Shown here piece after piece: positions 13,013 to 26,250 of a stretch of 63,996 nucleotides of DNA. Made by a program: the position numbers and the translations under genes. How positions within the stretch are numbered: position 1 is the stretch's first letter; every line of letters starts with the position of its first letter. The notes beneath the pieces were generated by a model. The model was not told where the DNA came from, made no database searches, and saw only the letters and a list, made by a program, of their open reading frames with translations. The stretch comes from Octopus bimaculoides. Taxonomy: Eukaryota. The stretch is taken from positions 65,722,871 to 65,786,866 of the forward strand of contig NC_068984.1 in assembly GCF_001194135.2 (NCBI RefSeq). Direction: 5' to 3'.

Positions 13013-13573
13013 GGGTGTATGTGTTTACATATAGATATATAGACAGAGAGCGAGATGGACTGCTATGAAGATAAATAGATACATAGATATAATGATATAG
13101 GAACACACAGATACCCCACTCAAACACACGCACACACACGTGTGTGTATGTGTGTATGTGCGGTGGAGTGCATTCATGAATTGAATGGTAATATATATTA
13201 CCATCTCCAATGGCTTGATATTTAAAATTGCTTCGCCATAATTTAATTTTGGCAGCCAGGTGCTTTATTACCAGAGGCTGCTAAAATGTCCCATTTAAGC
13301 ACATTTTCATTCATTTAACGGCATACATATACATCTAATTAATTAATTACAGAATCTCTGCAATGTCCATAAGCACTACATGCGGGTATAAGGTAAACTA
13401 ATTTTATTTAAGAAAACTCCTTTACATAAATTTGGGTGTATTTTTTTTTATGTCCCTATGTGACAAGAAATATATAAGGATCATTGAAATAAACAGTAGT
13501 GTTTGTTCTATAAATATTTAGCATGAAATTTATTGATTTGGTTTAGAAGGAATAGCATTTTATAAGTGGTTAG

Positions 13574-13657
13574 GGATGAAGGCAGGAGGGTATATTAGCC
13601 GGAGATTTGTGTTAACAACAAACAAGCTGAGGACAAATATCCGTCACATGTAAATAA
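13574..13657 (+). mobile_element. About 85-bp 3' tip of the hammerhead-bearing PLE repeat, with decayed ribozyme core
   Basis: GGATGAAGGCAGGAGGGTATATTAGCCGGAGATTTGTGTTAACAACAAACAAGCTGAGGACAAATATCCGTCACATGTA aligns to the reverse complement of about 62040-62120. Confidence 0.75.
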
Positions 13658-13689
13658 CCTAAATAAGGCGTGTTGCTATGTTGAACTTA

Positions 13690-14360
13690 AATTTTCAAGT
13701 CAATTTGTGTTTCACGTCTGATTCCATCCTCTATGAGTTGAACTGGGGATTGTCTGTCAATTAAAGTGTTTTTGAGTACTGGCAGTCTAAAGTCTCTGGT
13801 ATTTCTTGGTGACACATTGGTGCATATCCTTCTTGCAAGGTCGAAGGGATGTTTGGTTTGGTGTGTCTTGGGTGGCATGAATTAATAGTAGATATTGTTT
13901 GACGTTTGTGGTTTGGAAAATATGTCCGTCTCTATTTTAGTGTTTATTTTTTAATTAGTATATCCAAGAATGGGAGCTCCTTTTGGTTGTATTCCATTGT
14001 GAACTGGATGTTTGGGTTGATGCAGTTCAATAATCTTTTGAATTTAAAGAGTTTGTCTGTGTTTTTATTCCAGAGTATGAAAGAGTCGTCTAGGAGTCTT
14101 TTCCAATTTTCGTTTATGTATTGGGTTTCCAAAGGGAGATAAAGATTCCTGGTATACTATTATTTCCAGATAGCTCATTGTTACATTCACAATGGCTGGA
14201 GCTGCCCTAGTGCCCAAGGAAATTCTGGATTTTTGTCGATAAAACTTATTGTCATATAGGAAGTGGTTGTTTCGCAGGATGAATTCAACCGATTCAATTA
14301 TGAATTCATCGTTGATTCTTTCTGGTATTTCTTCCGGAAATTAATCCAGCCAGAACTGAA
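13690..14360 (-). mobile_element. Penelope-like element RT remnant
   Basis: FWLD*FPEEIPERINDEFIIESVEFILRNNHF, LGTRAAPA (GTAMG-like), WKRLLDDSFILW..INPNIQFTMEYNQKELPFLDILI and CHPRHTK.NIPFDLARRIC are PLE RT and thumb motifs. Confidence 0.9.
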
Positions 14361-14364
14361 TTGC

Positions 14365-14640
14365 CTCTAGCCCATAAGATGCACGGACTGCCACCAAAAC
14401 TACATAGGGTCAACGGGATTATCACTCAGACGAGATGCACACTGCACCGACAGCAGATTGCATTCCCAGAATATAGAAAGATACCCTTTAGCGAATACAT
14501 TGAGGAATACGGAAAGCAAGCACTACCACAATTTGTAATCTTTCCATTCTATCAATGCGCCATTGGCACACCAACACAAGTCAGATTAAATATTGAAACC
14601 TACTTCATTGAAAAATAAAAGTCAAAATTTAACCATTTCT
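14365..14640 (+). mobile_element. Penelope-like GIY-YIG endonuclease remnant, inverted relative to the adjacent RT
   Basis: IRCTDCHQNYIGSTG..L..R..HRQQI....FVIFPFYQC....RLNIETYFIEK*KSKFN matches the PLE GIY-YIG C-terminal domain. Confidence 0.8.
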
Positions 14641-17264
14641 AACATCTTTATATAAGGAAAGTGACCACATTAAAACACATATAAACCAAAACATAACCAT
14701 GTGTAACATTTTATTCCTTCTAAACTAAATCAAGTTAAATTACTAAAACCTAGCCATTCCCAACATTCTTGATTATCTCCCTAATACCGACAAAATCCCT
14801 CGTTACCTCTCCCCAACATACTGAATACATGACACAATATAGGTAAAGAAATTTGAGAAATTTCAAAAGAAAATTTCTTTGAAATCAATATTGCTATAGG
14901 CAAAATTTTCTAACATTTTTCTAAGATAGCGATTTAAATATATTCATTAAACATATAACACTAGCTGTCTGTAATGTTTCACTCTATTTAATCTTTTTTA
15001 AATATATATAGGTATATATATATATATATATATATATATGAATATTAATATTGCTCAATCTCTCTAAAGGCGACTATCGTAGCGGTACTAGATATTAATA
15101 TTTATTGCGAAGCTAACATGGCAGTGCAGAAAGATAAGACGAATGCTGCCGTCGATTAGCTCCTAGAGGCCATCGCCTCTAGCTAGCTATTTGACACATT
15201 TCTGTTCGTCCATTCACACATTGTATTAGTATGAATTTGCAAATTTCACAAACTCGCCAGTGCTTTGAATTGAATCTTTACTATATACACATCATCCCTG
15301 TATGTTAAGACAACAATAGATTTCCAACGCATTTGTTAAATATATCCCAAAGAAATGGAATCCGAACTCTTGAAAAGAAAAGTAAGAGGCAATAAATATA
15401 CTAACATGTGGAGAGTCTGTTAAATATTTACCTGCAGAATGGATATTAATGCAATTCCTGTAATGTTTGATGATGTGTAATAATAAATGATCGATTTTAA
15501 TCCTTACATTAATCACCATAAATAAGTGATGAAATCTGGATATACAATAAAAAAAGAACAGCGTATACTTGTGTTTAAACCACATTTAGTACTAAGCCTC
15601 AAACCAGAAGAAGAACTATATTCGTGAAAATGTTACTGCGAGTGCTATCTGACATTATATATAACGGAAAAGAATATGTGTGTGACATAAAGTAACTGTG
15701 GAAGTAGCGAATTACGTTGTGGCAGAAAGTTGTGTCCAGGAAAATATAGATCTTATAGTTAAAAAGCAAATCTAATGGTTGCTGGATACACATAAAAGCA
15801 CGGGGAAATATATTTAAACGCATGTCTGTGTGTCAACTGTCATAACTTAATTGCTATTCAATGCAACACCTAATCAGGCTGTAACTGAAAACACTATAAT
15901 GATATCGCCATACAATATGATACTAAATATAATCTGAAATATATAAAGCTATTCCTTAAATACCAATATCACGAACAGTGTACTAGTACATAAATATTTA
16001 ATTTGAGAAAATAACGTGTTTAAAGTTGGAAAATGGTAATGACTTTTAAGTGGCAATCGGAAGTGAGGAATTAGTAAATATAACACAAAAATAAATAAGT
16101 CCATTATTACTATTTATATATGGAGGTGTGACTTTATCTGAAACACTTCTCTTAAAAACTGCGAAAATAAATTATCTTTAGCATCAGACGTAGAAACAAA
16201 CTCCTCATAAATAGTTATTGCCATGTGATATTTATAAATAAGTTAATGAAAGGCGAATTTGAACTTCTTGTTTTCCTTCATTTTGTCATTGATTATAAGG
16301 GGAATTTGGTGAGGAAATTAAATTACTATATCTAGGTTTCTTGGAGCACAAGAACTCTATAGTTATTTATAAAAAAATAATCAAATAAACATTGTGTGAT
16401 TACAAAGTAATTTTATTTGCATTGAATATTATTGATAGCAACTGGCCAACATATTAACTCTAATGCGGTTTATAAGTCGAATGAACTTGCGAAAAGCAAA
16501 AGCTTTCATTGATTAGGGAAAGATCTTCGATATTTAGCGAGATAAACGCTTTGATGAAATCAATGGAAAGGCGAAGAGTTGATGCTTATTACTTTAAACC
16601 TCGGAGGGACCCGAACCTCATATAATGCATAACCTGCCCCAAATGTAAGGAAATTTATATTAGCGGAACCAACAATTCCCTTTGCCAACATGCAAGAATC
16701 GACGGACAACTTGGGAAGCACGTTCAGTGTATCCGTATATATNNNNNNNNNNNNNNNNNNNNNNNNNNNNNNNNNNNNNNNNNNNNNNNNNNNNNNNNNN
16801 NNNNNNNNNNNNNNNNNNNNNNNNNNNNNNNNNNNNNNNNNNNNNNNNNNNNNNNNNNNNNNNNNNNNNNNNNNNNNNNNNNNNNNNNNNNNNNNNNNNN
16901 NNNNNNNNNNNNNNNNNNNNNNNNNNNNNNNNNNNNNNNNNNNNNNNNNNNNNNNNNNNNNNNNNNNNNNNNNNNNNNNNNNNNNNNNNNNNNNNNNNNN
17001 NNNNNNNNNNNNNNNNNNNNNNNNNNNNNNNNNNNNNNNNNNNNNNNNNNNNNNNNNNNNNNNNNNNNNNNNNNNNNNNNNNNNNNNNNNNNNNNNNNNN
17101 NNNNNNNNNNNNNNNNNNNNNNNNNNNNNNNNNNNNNNNNNNNNNNNNNNNNNNNNNNNNNNNNNNNNNNNNNNNNNNNNNNNNNNNNNNNNNNNNNNNN
17201 NNNNNNNNNNNNNNNNNNNNNNNNNNNNNNNNNNNNNNNNNNNNNNNNCATTCTTCCTTAGATA

Positions 17265-19480
17265 TTTTTTAGTCTTACTTGCGTTATCCTGGCCTTTTCA
17301 AATGCTTATACTCCACTCCACACCTTTGTTCGACAGCCAAATCGATCAGAAACAAAGGTCTCAATATCGTCTGGAATCATTACAAGTGATTTCATAGTAA
17401 CCCTTATGCCGTCCTTAAATCTTTTTTTTTTTTTTAGGTTTACGCCAATAACGTTTCCCCTCTGCAAGCTCACCATAAAACAACTGTTTCGGCATGCGTT
17501 CATCTGCCCTTCAAACAATATGGCCACACCATTTCAATGGATTGCTCAAAATCATAGTTTTAATTGAGGTGATGCCTGGAGAAGCAAGGACATCTGTGTT
17601 TGGAGTAAAACAACTTCCATTAATTTTTAAAATGCGATGAAGGCAATTTTCGTGGAATTGTTCTAACCGTTTAAAATGTCTTTCATAACACATCCAAGTT
17701 TTACAGGAATACAACAGAGATAGTAAGATAATTGATTTGTAAAGAGCCAGCTTTGCATTCTTATTTATATATCACTGGCACCAAACGCGTGACTCCAAGT
17801 CAGCAAATGCTTTTGCTGCCTTTTGAATTCGCAGCTGTATTTCTGTATCAAGATTTCCGTCAATTTGAACGGAGCTTCCAGGGTAGACGAACGAATCGAC
17901 AACGACAACGTGAAGTAACTTTCCTTTAACATAATTTTAGTGGGGTTTCTAACAGCACCACACGCAGGTTGATGCATTACATCTGTTTTTACAAGTTGGT
18001 GGTCAAGCCAAAATCATCACAAACTGAGTAAAATGCAGATACAAGAGATTGGGGATCTGTTTGAGAATGACTGAAAAGATCGCAATCGTCAGCATAAAAA
18101 AGTTCCCTGATGAGTGAAGTAAAACAACCTTCGTTTTGAATTTCAGTTTGGTCAGATTAAAAACATTCCCTGTTGTTCAATGTTTTGTAAATACTCAACT
18201 CAGACTTTTGAAAACTATGTGACAACACGACAGCAAAGTATATTGCAGAGAAGGTGGTGCATGAAAGTCTCCTTGCTTTACTCCATTTTCCACAGCAAAA
18301 GATTCAGAGAGCCTACCACCAGAATTAACTCTAGCTTTCATATCTTGATGCAATGCTCTGACCATATTTACAAATTTTTCTGGACAACCTATTTTCCTTA
18401 GAACTATCCACAGAACATTTCAATTATCAGTATCGAATATTTTGCTGAAATCAACAAGCAATGGTATAGAACAAGATTCTGTTCATGCACTTTTCTTGTA
18501 TTTGTTTGACAGTAAAGTAACAGTTCACTGTGCTCTTGGAAGAACGAAAACCACACTGAGACTCAGACACTATATTTGGAACTATAAAGGTATTAAAACG
18601 TTCTAACAAGATGCGGACAAGTACCTTCCCAACTACAGGCAAAAGCGAAATCCGACGAAAATTAACACACAGATCCTTTGGACCCGATTTATACAAGGAG
18701 ACTAAAATGACATCTATCCAGTCTTGAGGTACTTTCTCAGTTCTCAAACAATAACAAATTAACATATTTAAGAGATCAAACATTTTGTCACCTACATATT
18801 TCAAGACTTCTTCACAGATTACATCAGACCTTGGAGAATTATAGTTATTCAGCTTATTCACAGCTAAATAAATGTTATTTAGCGTTGGTTCAGATGCTAT
18901 CTCTTCTATAACTGGAAGGCATTCAATTTTTTTTCTATCGACCTCATGTCAACGGATGATGATCTATTCAAAAGTACAGAAACATGTTCCTCCCAACTCT
19001 TAGGAATACAAGCGGTGTTAGAAGAAATGTCCATTTCCTGTTCTCACTGGAGCTATTGAAGAAGATTTTGGCACATATACCTCCTTAACATGAGAGTACG
19101 AAACATTTGCATCATTTCTATCAGCTGCTTCTTATGTCCATTTTGCTCTATCATTCCACCATTCCTGTTTAATTTCCCTTAGAGCAGTCTGCACTTTCCT
19201 TTTCAACTTTCGGTAAGTTTCGTTTGAGTTCGGGTCCAAGGACTGAGAAAGATCTGTGTTGCCTAAGTTTTGTTTTCCTAAAAGTAGATCATGAATTTCT
19301 GTTGATCTACCTGAGAACCAGTCATTGGACGTACGTGATTTCAATTCCACTGACGAACTTGCAAACTGAAATAATTTTGCTTTGAAATCGTCCCATAGAT
19401 TGTTTGGTTCAAGATTGATACTTTCTATAGCATTGTGGAATCTTTGCAAGGTGCTTGATAGTTTAAAGTTTGCAACATTT
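17265..19480 (-). mobile_element. Decayed RTE-BovB-like LINE, about 2.2 kb
   Basis: VPQDWIDVILVSLYK..NFRRISLLPVVGKVL..ESQCGFRSSKST (18451-18861), ADDCDL (about 18085), YSCKTW..LEQFHENCLHRIL..LKWCGHIV (17511-17714) and RFKDGIRVTMK (about 17420). Confidence 0.9.
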
Positions 19481-20094
19481 AACTTTTATGGGTATCTTAA
19501 GGCCAAATTGTCAATTTTTAGGTATTATCGATAAATCTATATTTCCACGCAATAGATGAGGGTCAGTCCAGCTCTCTGTCCCTTATGCTTCGAATTACTG
19601 CATACCATTTTCTTTTTTAAATTGTCCTAGAATTAAAACTATTAACTAATTATATGGATGCAGTTATCATGAAGGTTAATTGGTGAAGAGTTTAAGTTAC
19701 GATGTGTATACATTTTAGAACAAATATTCGACATAAAGATAAGTTTGATTAAATTTCTTTCTTTGAGCTCATATTATTGATGTGATATCCTAATGTCATT
19801 GAATGAAATTACTTTCGCAAGGCCGTATTTAGTAGTTGCCTAGTAATTGTGATGTTCTCTTTTCTTGTCGGTACCACTTGCATTGCGCAATTTATGTTTT
19901 AAAACAAGTTTGTACTTCAGTTTCAGTGAGATCACGATGCTCTGGTCGAGTACTGATTTTTCAGTTTGTATTATGCCAATTTGTCTTAATAATTCATTCG
20001 TAAAGATGCTTTAAATGCACGCAAAGGGAACGCATCAGTGGATATAGAAATCCTAGACATGGTATGCAAATATTAGTTTCAGTTGCTGTTATAA

Positions 20095-20280
20095 GTCCAG
20101 CAATTTCGAGGGAGGAAGGAAGTCAGTTACATCGACCTCAGGGCTCGACTGGTACTTATCTTATCGACCCGGAAATGGCGAAGGACAAAGTCAATCTCTG
20201 CTACTGTATTCAGAACGTAAGGACAGACCAAACGCCTCCAATCATTTTGCCAGGAGTGCTAACTATTTTGCTCGCTAGTC
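20095..20280 (-). mobile_element. tRNA-derived SINE (family B), decayed
   Basis: ATCGACCTCAGG..CTGGTACTTAT..ATCGACCCGGAAA..GAAGGACAAAGTC..GTGCTAACTATTTTGC matches 44205-44408 in the same orientation. Confidence 0.7.
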
Positions 20281-23211
20281 GTCATAGGATGTATGAATAT
20301 GTATGTATATATGTATGTATGTGTGTATGATAGAGAAAATATAATGAAATGCAAAGCTACTAATCCGGTATTGATATTCTACAGAATATATCTTTAAATT
20401 CCGAAATTATTTCTTTTCTTTAGTAATTAGACTGCTAATACAATAAGAGAAACGAAAAGCACATTTTCACGAGCAGCTGATACCGCGGGCCGAAACGTCT
20501 GATCCTCTGTTACTCAGCATGGAGCATTAGTCGTACATACGATCTTTAGGACAAACAAATGCCCGTGTTTTTCAGATGTATGCTGAAACACATTGTTGCC
20601 GAAGAATTATGAAAAATACATCAGCGCATTTAAATACTACATGGCCCTAAGAAGGTGAGACTGCATTAGGGACATCCTACGCTGTATCTTCAGAAGTGTT
20701 GCTATATATGAGATATAATCGCATATATTGGCCATAATGTGCATTATTCTTCTTTAACATAAACACTTTCACAGTAACTGGTAGTCTATGCAAATGTAAA
20801 TGTCCTTGATATAATTACCTAAAAGCACTCAAGGCACAGTCCCAACATGGCACAAAAGAAGCAATCCTAAAATGAAAAAGCATATCTATGAATGATAGTA
20901 AGTCAAGGACTACGAGGGCTTTGAATATAGTACGTTTTAAACAATCTTAGAAAATATAATATAAATATGCAGCAAATAAAGTACGTAATACAATTCTAAA
21001 AAATATCCTAGTTATGAGAGCGATATTAACAATATTTAACACACGTTCAACATATTTTCTGAATTTTACTGTAATTGTTAATTTACTCTCTAAGGATTTG
21101 TAATTATAAATGATAACTGGTTGGCGTAAATAGTTTAATTACGTTTGTTTGTTTTATTTTTATTGTAGTTTTTAACCGCGTTACTTAGCGCCAGGTCACT
21201 CCTGCATTGGCAGATATGTGATGATAGGTGTTCCAGCAAAGCACACCCATAATTTCATTGGGTACGTCGTATCTATGAAAATAAATTTTCAGTCCAAATT
21301 TTTCGGTATTTGTAAGCATGTGATTGTGATTCCACTCAGACTGTAACATTGAATTTGGCTTCTCACCAGTTTCCGAATGCCATAAAGCAGATATGGGTAG
21401 TTTCTATTACTTCTATGACTAGGCTATTTACATAATTGGAAGCAGATTTGGCTGATAATTCTAGCAAGTGTGCAGCCATCTAGTTATTCTTTTTGTTGGC
21501 CCACAGTTCAAACAGTGGTTATTTAGATTTGTATCAATGCAGACTCTTATAATTCTGTTTACTTATCATCAATTACAGCTCGCATAAAATGAAAATTTGT
21601 GCCATAATATATAAGGGTTTCCAAGAGTTAAAGGGATAAATTGTATTAGTAAGATTAGAAAGAGCAAGCTCCACCATATTTTCTATTGTGAACACAGCGT
21701 AAATGTGCTACCGAATATGTTGTCACATCACTCATGCTTGAATTTGTATTACACATCTGAAGTTCAAATATACATGGAAATTATATCGGAAATCTATGTA
21801 TTGAGCATGTATTAATATAGGATTTACAGAAATCTTGCTTTGTTCCTATATATACATACATACATCATATATACGTACATAATGTACATGTAAGTGTCCG
21901 TATATCTGTATACGTATTTCTCTGTGTGTATTAATGTAGCGCGTGTGTGCGTGACTTACATTCACATTACTTCAAAGAAAACTCGATGCAATGCACACAA
22001 TAGTGAAAGAGTAAGCTAAAAGCTCCCCAACAATAAAAGATAAAGGAATGGTGACAGGGGATATAAGGTTTATTTGAAACATATTATGTGAACCTGTTTG
22101 TCAGGAGGCACATAAGCATGTTTTGTATTTCATGATTGAAATTATAACATTAACAACTGTTAAATAAAAAATAACTTCTTCTATTGAATTCTTTGGTCTA
22201 TCTACTACATAATTCATTTCATTATTATGTTATATGCTAAAGGTCTGAACGAAATAACAAGCTGTCCGATTTGAATAAAATCAGTTTTGTGGAATATTTC
22301 CCTTTTCCGAACCAGTTTATAAATTTTAGCATAATTTTGAATGCACTATCCTCCATCATTTTCGTAACATATTACATAACGGTATTTAACATAACATTTC
22401 AAAACATTTCGATGAATAAAAACTAGTTTCATGGTTCCTTGCCATTTTTTTTTTTACGGCTGATAGAAAATAGTAATATCTATTGTATTTATTTTATATA
22501 AAGAAAACGAATATTGAAATGACACAAAGTGAATTGTGAATATATGTTTGAATCCTTTTATGACAGAAATATTTCGTCATGACTTTTTCTTTGACACATA
22601 TTACTAAAGTAATTACGTTATGAATGAAATCAAGGATATTCTCCTCGGCATTCTTTTCATTTTTACTATATATAAGAAAAATAAAATGCATTCTGCCTCT
22701 TGTTACTCAATAATAATAGTAGAATAATCACATGACAGGCCTGAAATGAGATAATTCATGTAACAAAGTATTTGAGGTGGATATTGAATAAAATTACAAA
22801 CGGAATATAATAGAGAACATCAATCATATCACAAAATGAAAAAATAAAGAATGTTATATAAAAAGACAATGAGAATAAGACCGAATATATTGACTTCGTA
22901 AATACGTTTAATATTTTTTATTCAATGGAATTCAATATTCCAGATGTATCTAATTTATTATATTCATATGATGGGGAGAATAGAATGAAAAAAATAAATA
23001 CGAATGATTGCATTCATAAGTGTTACCCAGTTATTGTGATTGAATGAATGAATTACCTTCAATCAGAAGAATTTTAAAATTGATTCAAATGTTGAAATAT
23101 GAATCAATAATTTAGCTCAGAATCAAATATATCAAGTAAATCCTATTTTAAGCTGTACGTATCTGAATTCATTTATAAGACAATTTCGACGTCAATATGT
23201 TGTACTCGGTG

Positions 23212-23345
23212 AAGGCAGCGAGTTATCAGAACGACGGGTAAAAGTTTTGGCGGCATCTCATGATTCAAACTCCTCCGAATCTGACGTTTCCCTTTCGGCA
23301 TCGAATAAATAAGTACAAGCTGATAACTGGGCTCCATATAACTTA
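23212..23345 (+). mobile_element. Family B SINE remnant
   Basis: GAAGGCAGCGAGTTATCAGAA..GATTCAAACTCC..AATAAATAAGTAC; degenerate. Confidence 0.5.
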
Positions 23346-23699
23346 TTCGCTTTCGGAATTTGCTGACCCTGTTCTAAGATTCGGAACCAATATTCCGTTC
23401 TTGACAGAACAAGCATTATAAAACAATTCTTTTAAACAGATTTTATACAAAAAAGTTATTGAAATCACAGTTTTCAGGCTAAAATTGACGATGTTTTATG
23501 TCTTTTGCTTTCAGCAAAATCTTGACGTATTTGTGAATAATCAATCATGCTGGAGTGCATAAACAGCAAAGTTGAAATTGAAAAGTTAGCTGACACTCAG
23601 GATGGGAAGCAATTTTTAATATAAGGAAAACTTTACTTGTCATGATGATCTGTGTCGGTTATCAACATGCCGGCCATATGGCTGCTGATAAATGCACTG

Positions 23700-24240
23700 T
23701 GAGCGCTGTAATAGCAAAATATTCTAATTAATGTGCTGTCCCATATATCCTAATAACCATGTTCCTCAAACTGTGATGATCCTTGGATGTGTCTCCAGTG
23801 AAGGTGGAGTCAGGCTTCCCCCACATCTTTGAAAAATGCTTTAGATTTATTTCAGGTGGATATGTGAAGTGGTTTGAGTTTGTGGTCAATCCTTGGCTGG
23901 GGAGGTTTAAGTTTGCAGTCAATCCTCGGCTCAACGGTCAACTGCATGGGATCAGGATGCAGATTCTTGCTAAGCTCCCAGAAAGAGACATTAACGGTTG
24001 TCAGTGAGTTTCTACGACTTCACCAGCATCAGGTTGTGTCTTCTTGGCTTCCTTAATTGTAATCACATGGATTACTATGAGGAAAGTTGTTGAGTAAGGC
24101 CCGAGTGTTCTGCCTGCAAAAGCGACGCCGCGTTCGTGGCAAAGTTCGAGTAATTGTTCGAAAATCCTTTCAGAGATACAACGAATGACACATGCACCAC
24201 GTCAGTTAACTATCTTGAGGCTGAGGTGGTAACTTAGGGC
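23700..24240 (+). mobile_element. maT-like (DD37D) transposase C-terminal remnant
   Basis: FPQTVMILGCVSSEG..PHIFEK..GYV..VVNPWL..QDADS...FYDFTS...NCNHMDYY..EAEGG-like end; spacing is consistent with DD37D. Confidence 0.75.
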
Positions 24241-24499
24241 AGCGTCTTTGAATAAACCAAGCCATATTGTCTTTTCTTTTCCTTATATGCAAACTCAAAT
24301 TTAGCCCGAACAATCCGCATAGAGTAAATATTTCGAAAACTGTATAATTTCTAGAGTCAATGAGATGTAGCTTAGAGAAACAAAAGGATTAGAAATTACT
24401 AATTTATTTTCAATTCTGTAAACCTACAGATTGCTGAATTATTTTTATGTTATAGATGATGAAAACAAGAAGTATTATCGTGAACAGTTAATAATCTAA

Positions 24500-24720
24500 A
24501 GGACTATGTACTTATTTCACAGAAAGAGTTTTGTAAATAGGGATATGTATGGAGCGAGTAGTTAGCATAAAAGGGGACAAAATTTGATTTAACTACTGAT
24601 TTCCTGAGGTTTACCGCGTGCGAAATTAAGGTGGGTATAATTCTACGTGATGTAGACAACACGACGCTTAACCTGTTTATACGATTCACAAACTCGGGTG
24701 CAATCATGAAGATATACATC
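24500..24720 (-). mobile_element. PLE GIY-YIG fragment, decayed
   Basis: RINRL..STSRRIIPTLISHAVNLRK...YPYLQNSFCEI loosely parallels the PLE R...HKSSF..T.LS.Y.W.LK..PY..CNLC region. Confidence 0.5.
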
Positions 24721-25244
24721 TCTATTGTTAAATTTTAAATGCGTACAATTTCATTGACATTACTTTTGAGATTATTAAATATTTCTGCAATATTTATTAT
24801 TGTCTGATGACGATTAGGTTTAACCTTGCTAAAATAGAACTTGGCATTTGTCCTCACAATGTGTCCATTGGGGTATATATGATCTTTTCATATTGATGTT
24901 ACTGATCATTCTGCTTACGTATATTACATGTACACTCTGAAATTACTATGATTATTATAATGTACATATAGAGACGGGCACGAAACCCTTCCTGATAAGA
25001 TTAGAAACAAATTATCTAGAAATGATATATAGGAAATTTACTTTCCTGAAAAATGTCACAAAACCATCTCTTGCAAATGTAGAGAAAGCATTCAAATATT
25101 TGTTGATGAAGATAACAAAACAAGGCGAATTAGAAGTGAAGGTTAATGGGAAACATTTTTGAAGGAAAATAGAATAATTAAAAGAATATATGTTATACCC
25201 TCTTTCATGTCGTACAGAAAACTAAACAAATAGAACGCAGTTGG

Positions 25245-25390
25245 TTTTAAGAGGTGGTATCAAAAGCATCCCGGACAGGATCTGTTAATAATAAAAAAAA
25301 ACCAACTTATTTTACTAAAGTTTTAAAATCATCTCCTTCGAAATAGACACCTTGTGCACCAATTCACCGGTCCCAGCGTTTCGGTTGGAG
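25245..25390 (-). mobile_element. mariner 3' end with TIR
   Basis: Minus strand reads RWDR*IGAQGVYFEGD (the mariner RW.KCI..QG.YFEG terminus); a TIR-like TAAGAGGTGGTATCAAAAGCATCCCGGAC resembles the one at 8268. Confidence 0.6.
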
Positions 25391-26089
25391 GAGTCCTCTT
25401 ACACTTATATCTGCTTTTCTCAGTAGATACAAGTGTTGGGTACCTGTTTTAGAATGGAATCTAAATATGCGGTGAGGCGTTTTCATTTTTGTTTTCGCTC
25501 CGATGATTAAATAGATTCCAGTTGATAAAATTGAAACTATATTGCGCTACAAACTTGATGGGCAATGTTTCACTAAGATTTCTACTCTTGAAGCCTACTT
25601 TTACTCACATATCAAGTCGAAATCCCTTTCATAAATAGTTGGTAAACTGCTTTACCATTCTCAAATATCCTTTTAACACCAACTCATTTTAAACATGAAA
25701 TTGATCCTATTTTGCACGTTTTCAATTTTGTCACTACATTAATGATGTTGATAAAATATCGGACACATATCATTACCGATAATTGAAGAAAAGTTAAAAA
25801 GAAAACGATTATGCCATATTTAGATTTAAATATATATATAGTTACCAACGAAAATAAATCAGTATCCCGACAAGAAACACTTATGAAGCAATGAAGGCAA
25901 ATTTTGATAATATATGGGGAATGAGAATGAATATCAGTGAAGTCAAAAACGTTAATGCCACAAATATCTTTTCGGCACTTATTTAGAGCAAACTAATTCA
26001 ATATAACTTTGCTAGAAGGCTGGTTACAGAAATTTAAAATTGCACTGCAAAGCCATTGGGCTCCAAAGATGCGCAGTTCTTCTGGCTTC

Positions 26090-26250
26090 CACGAGATGGT
26101 AGAAACGCTAGCTCGATGGGCATTTTTTCTAGTTTTATGTTTTGAGTTCCAATGTTTCCGAAAACGATTTGCCTTTCATAACTTCGGAAATTATAAAAAA
26201 CGTACCAGTCATTTACTGTGGTTAATGTAATTGACTATCATCCACCCCAT
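26090..26250 (+). mobile_element. Family B SINE remnant
   Basis: GAGATGGTAGAAACGCTAGC..TTTGAGTTCCAAT..GATTTGCCTTTCAT..GTACCAGTCATTTACTG. Confidence 0.45.

Noticed and set aside
15163-15182. Perfect 8-bp hairpin CTAGAGGC-CATC-GCCTCTAG
   Set aside because: An isolated short hairpin, probably part of an unclassified repeat; no supporting context.
20476-20505. CTGATACCGCGGGCCGAAACGTC hammerhead look-alike
   Set aside because: G8/A9 are missing, stem II is poor and there is no stem I.
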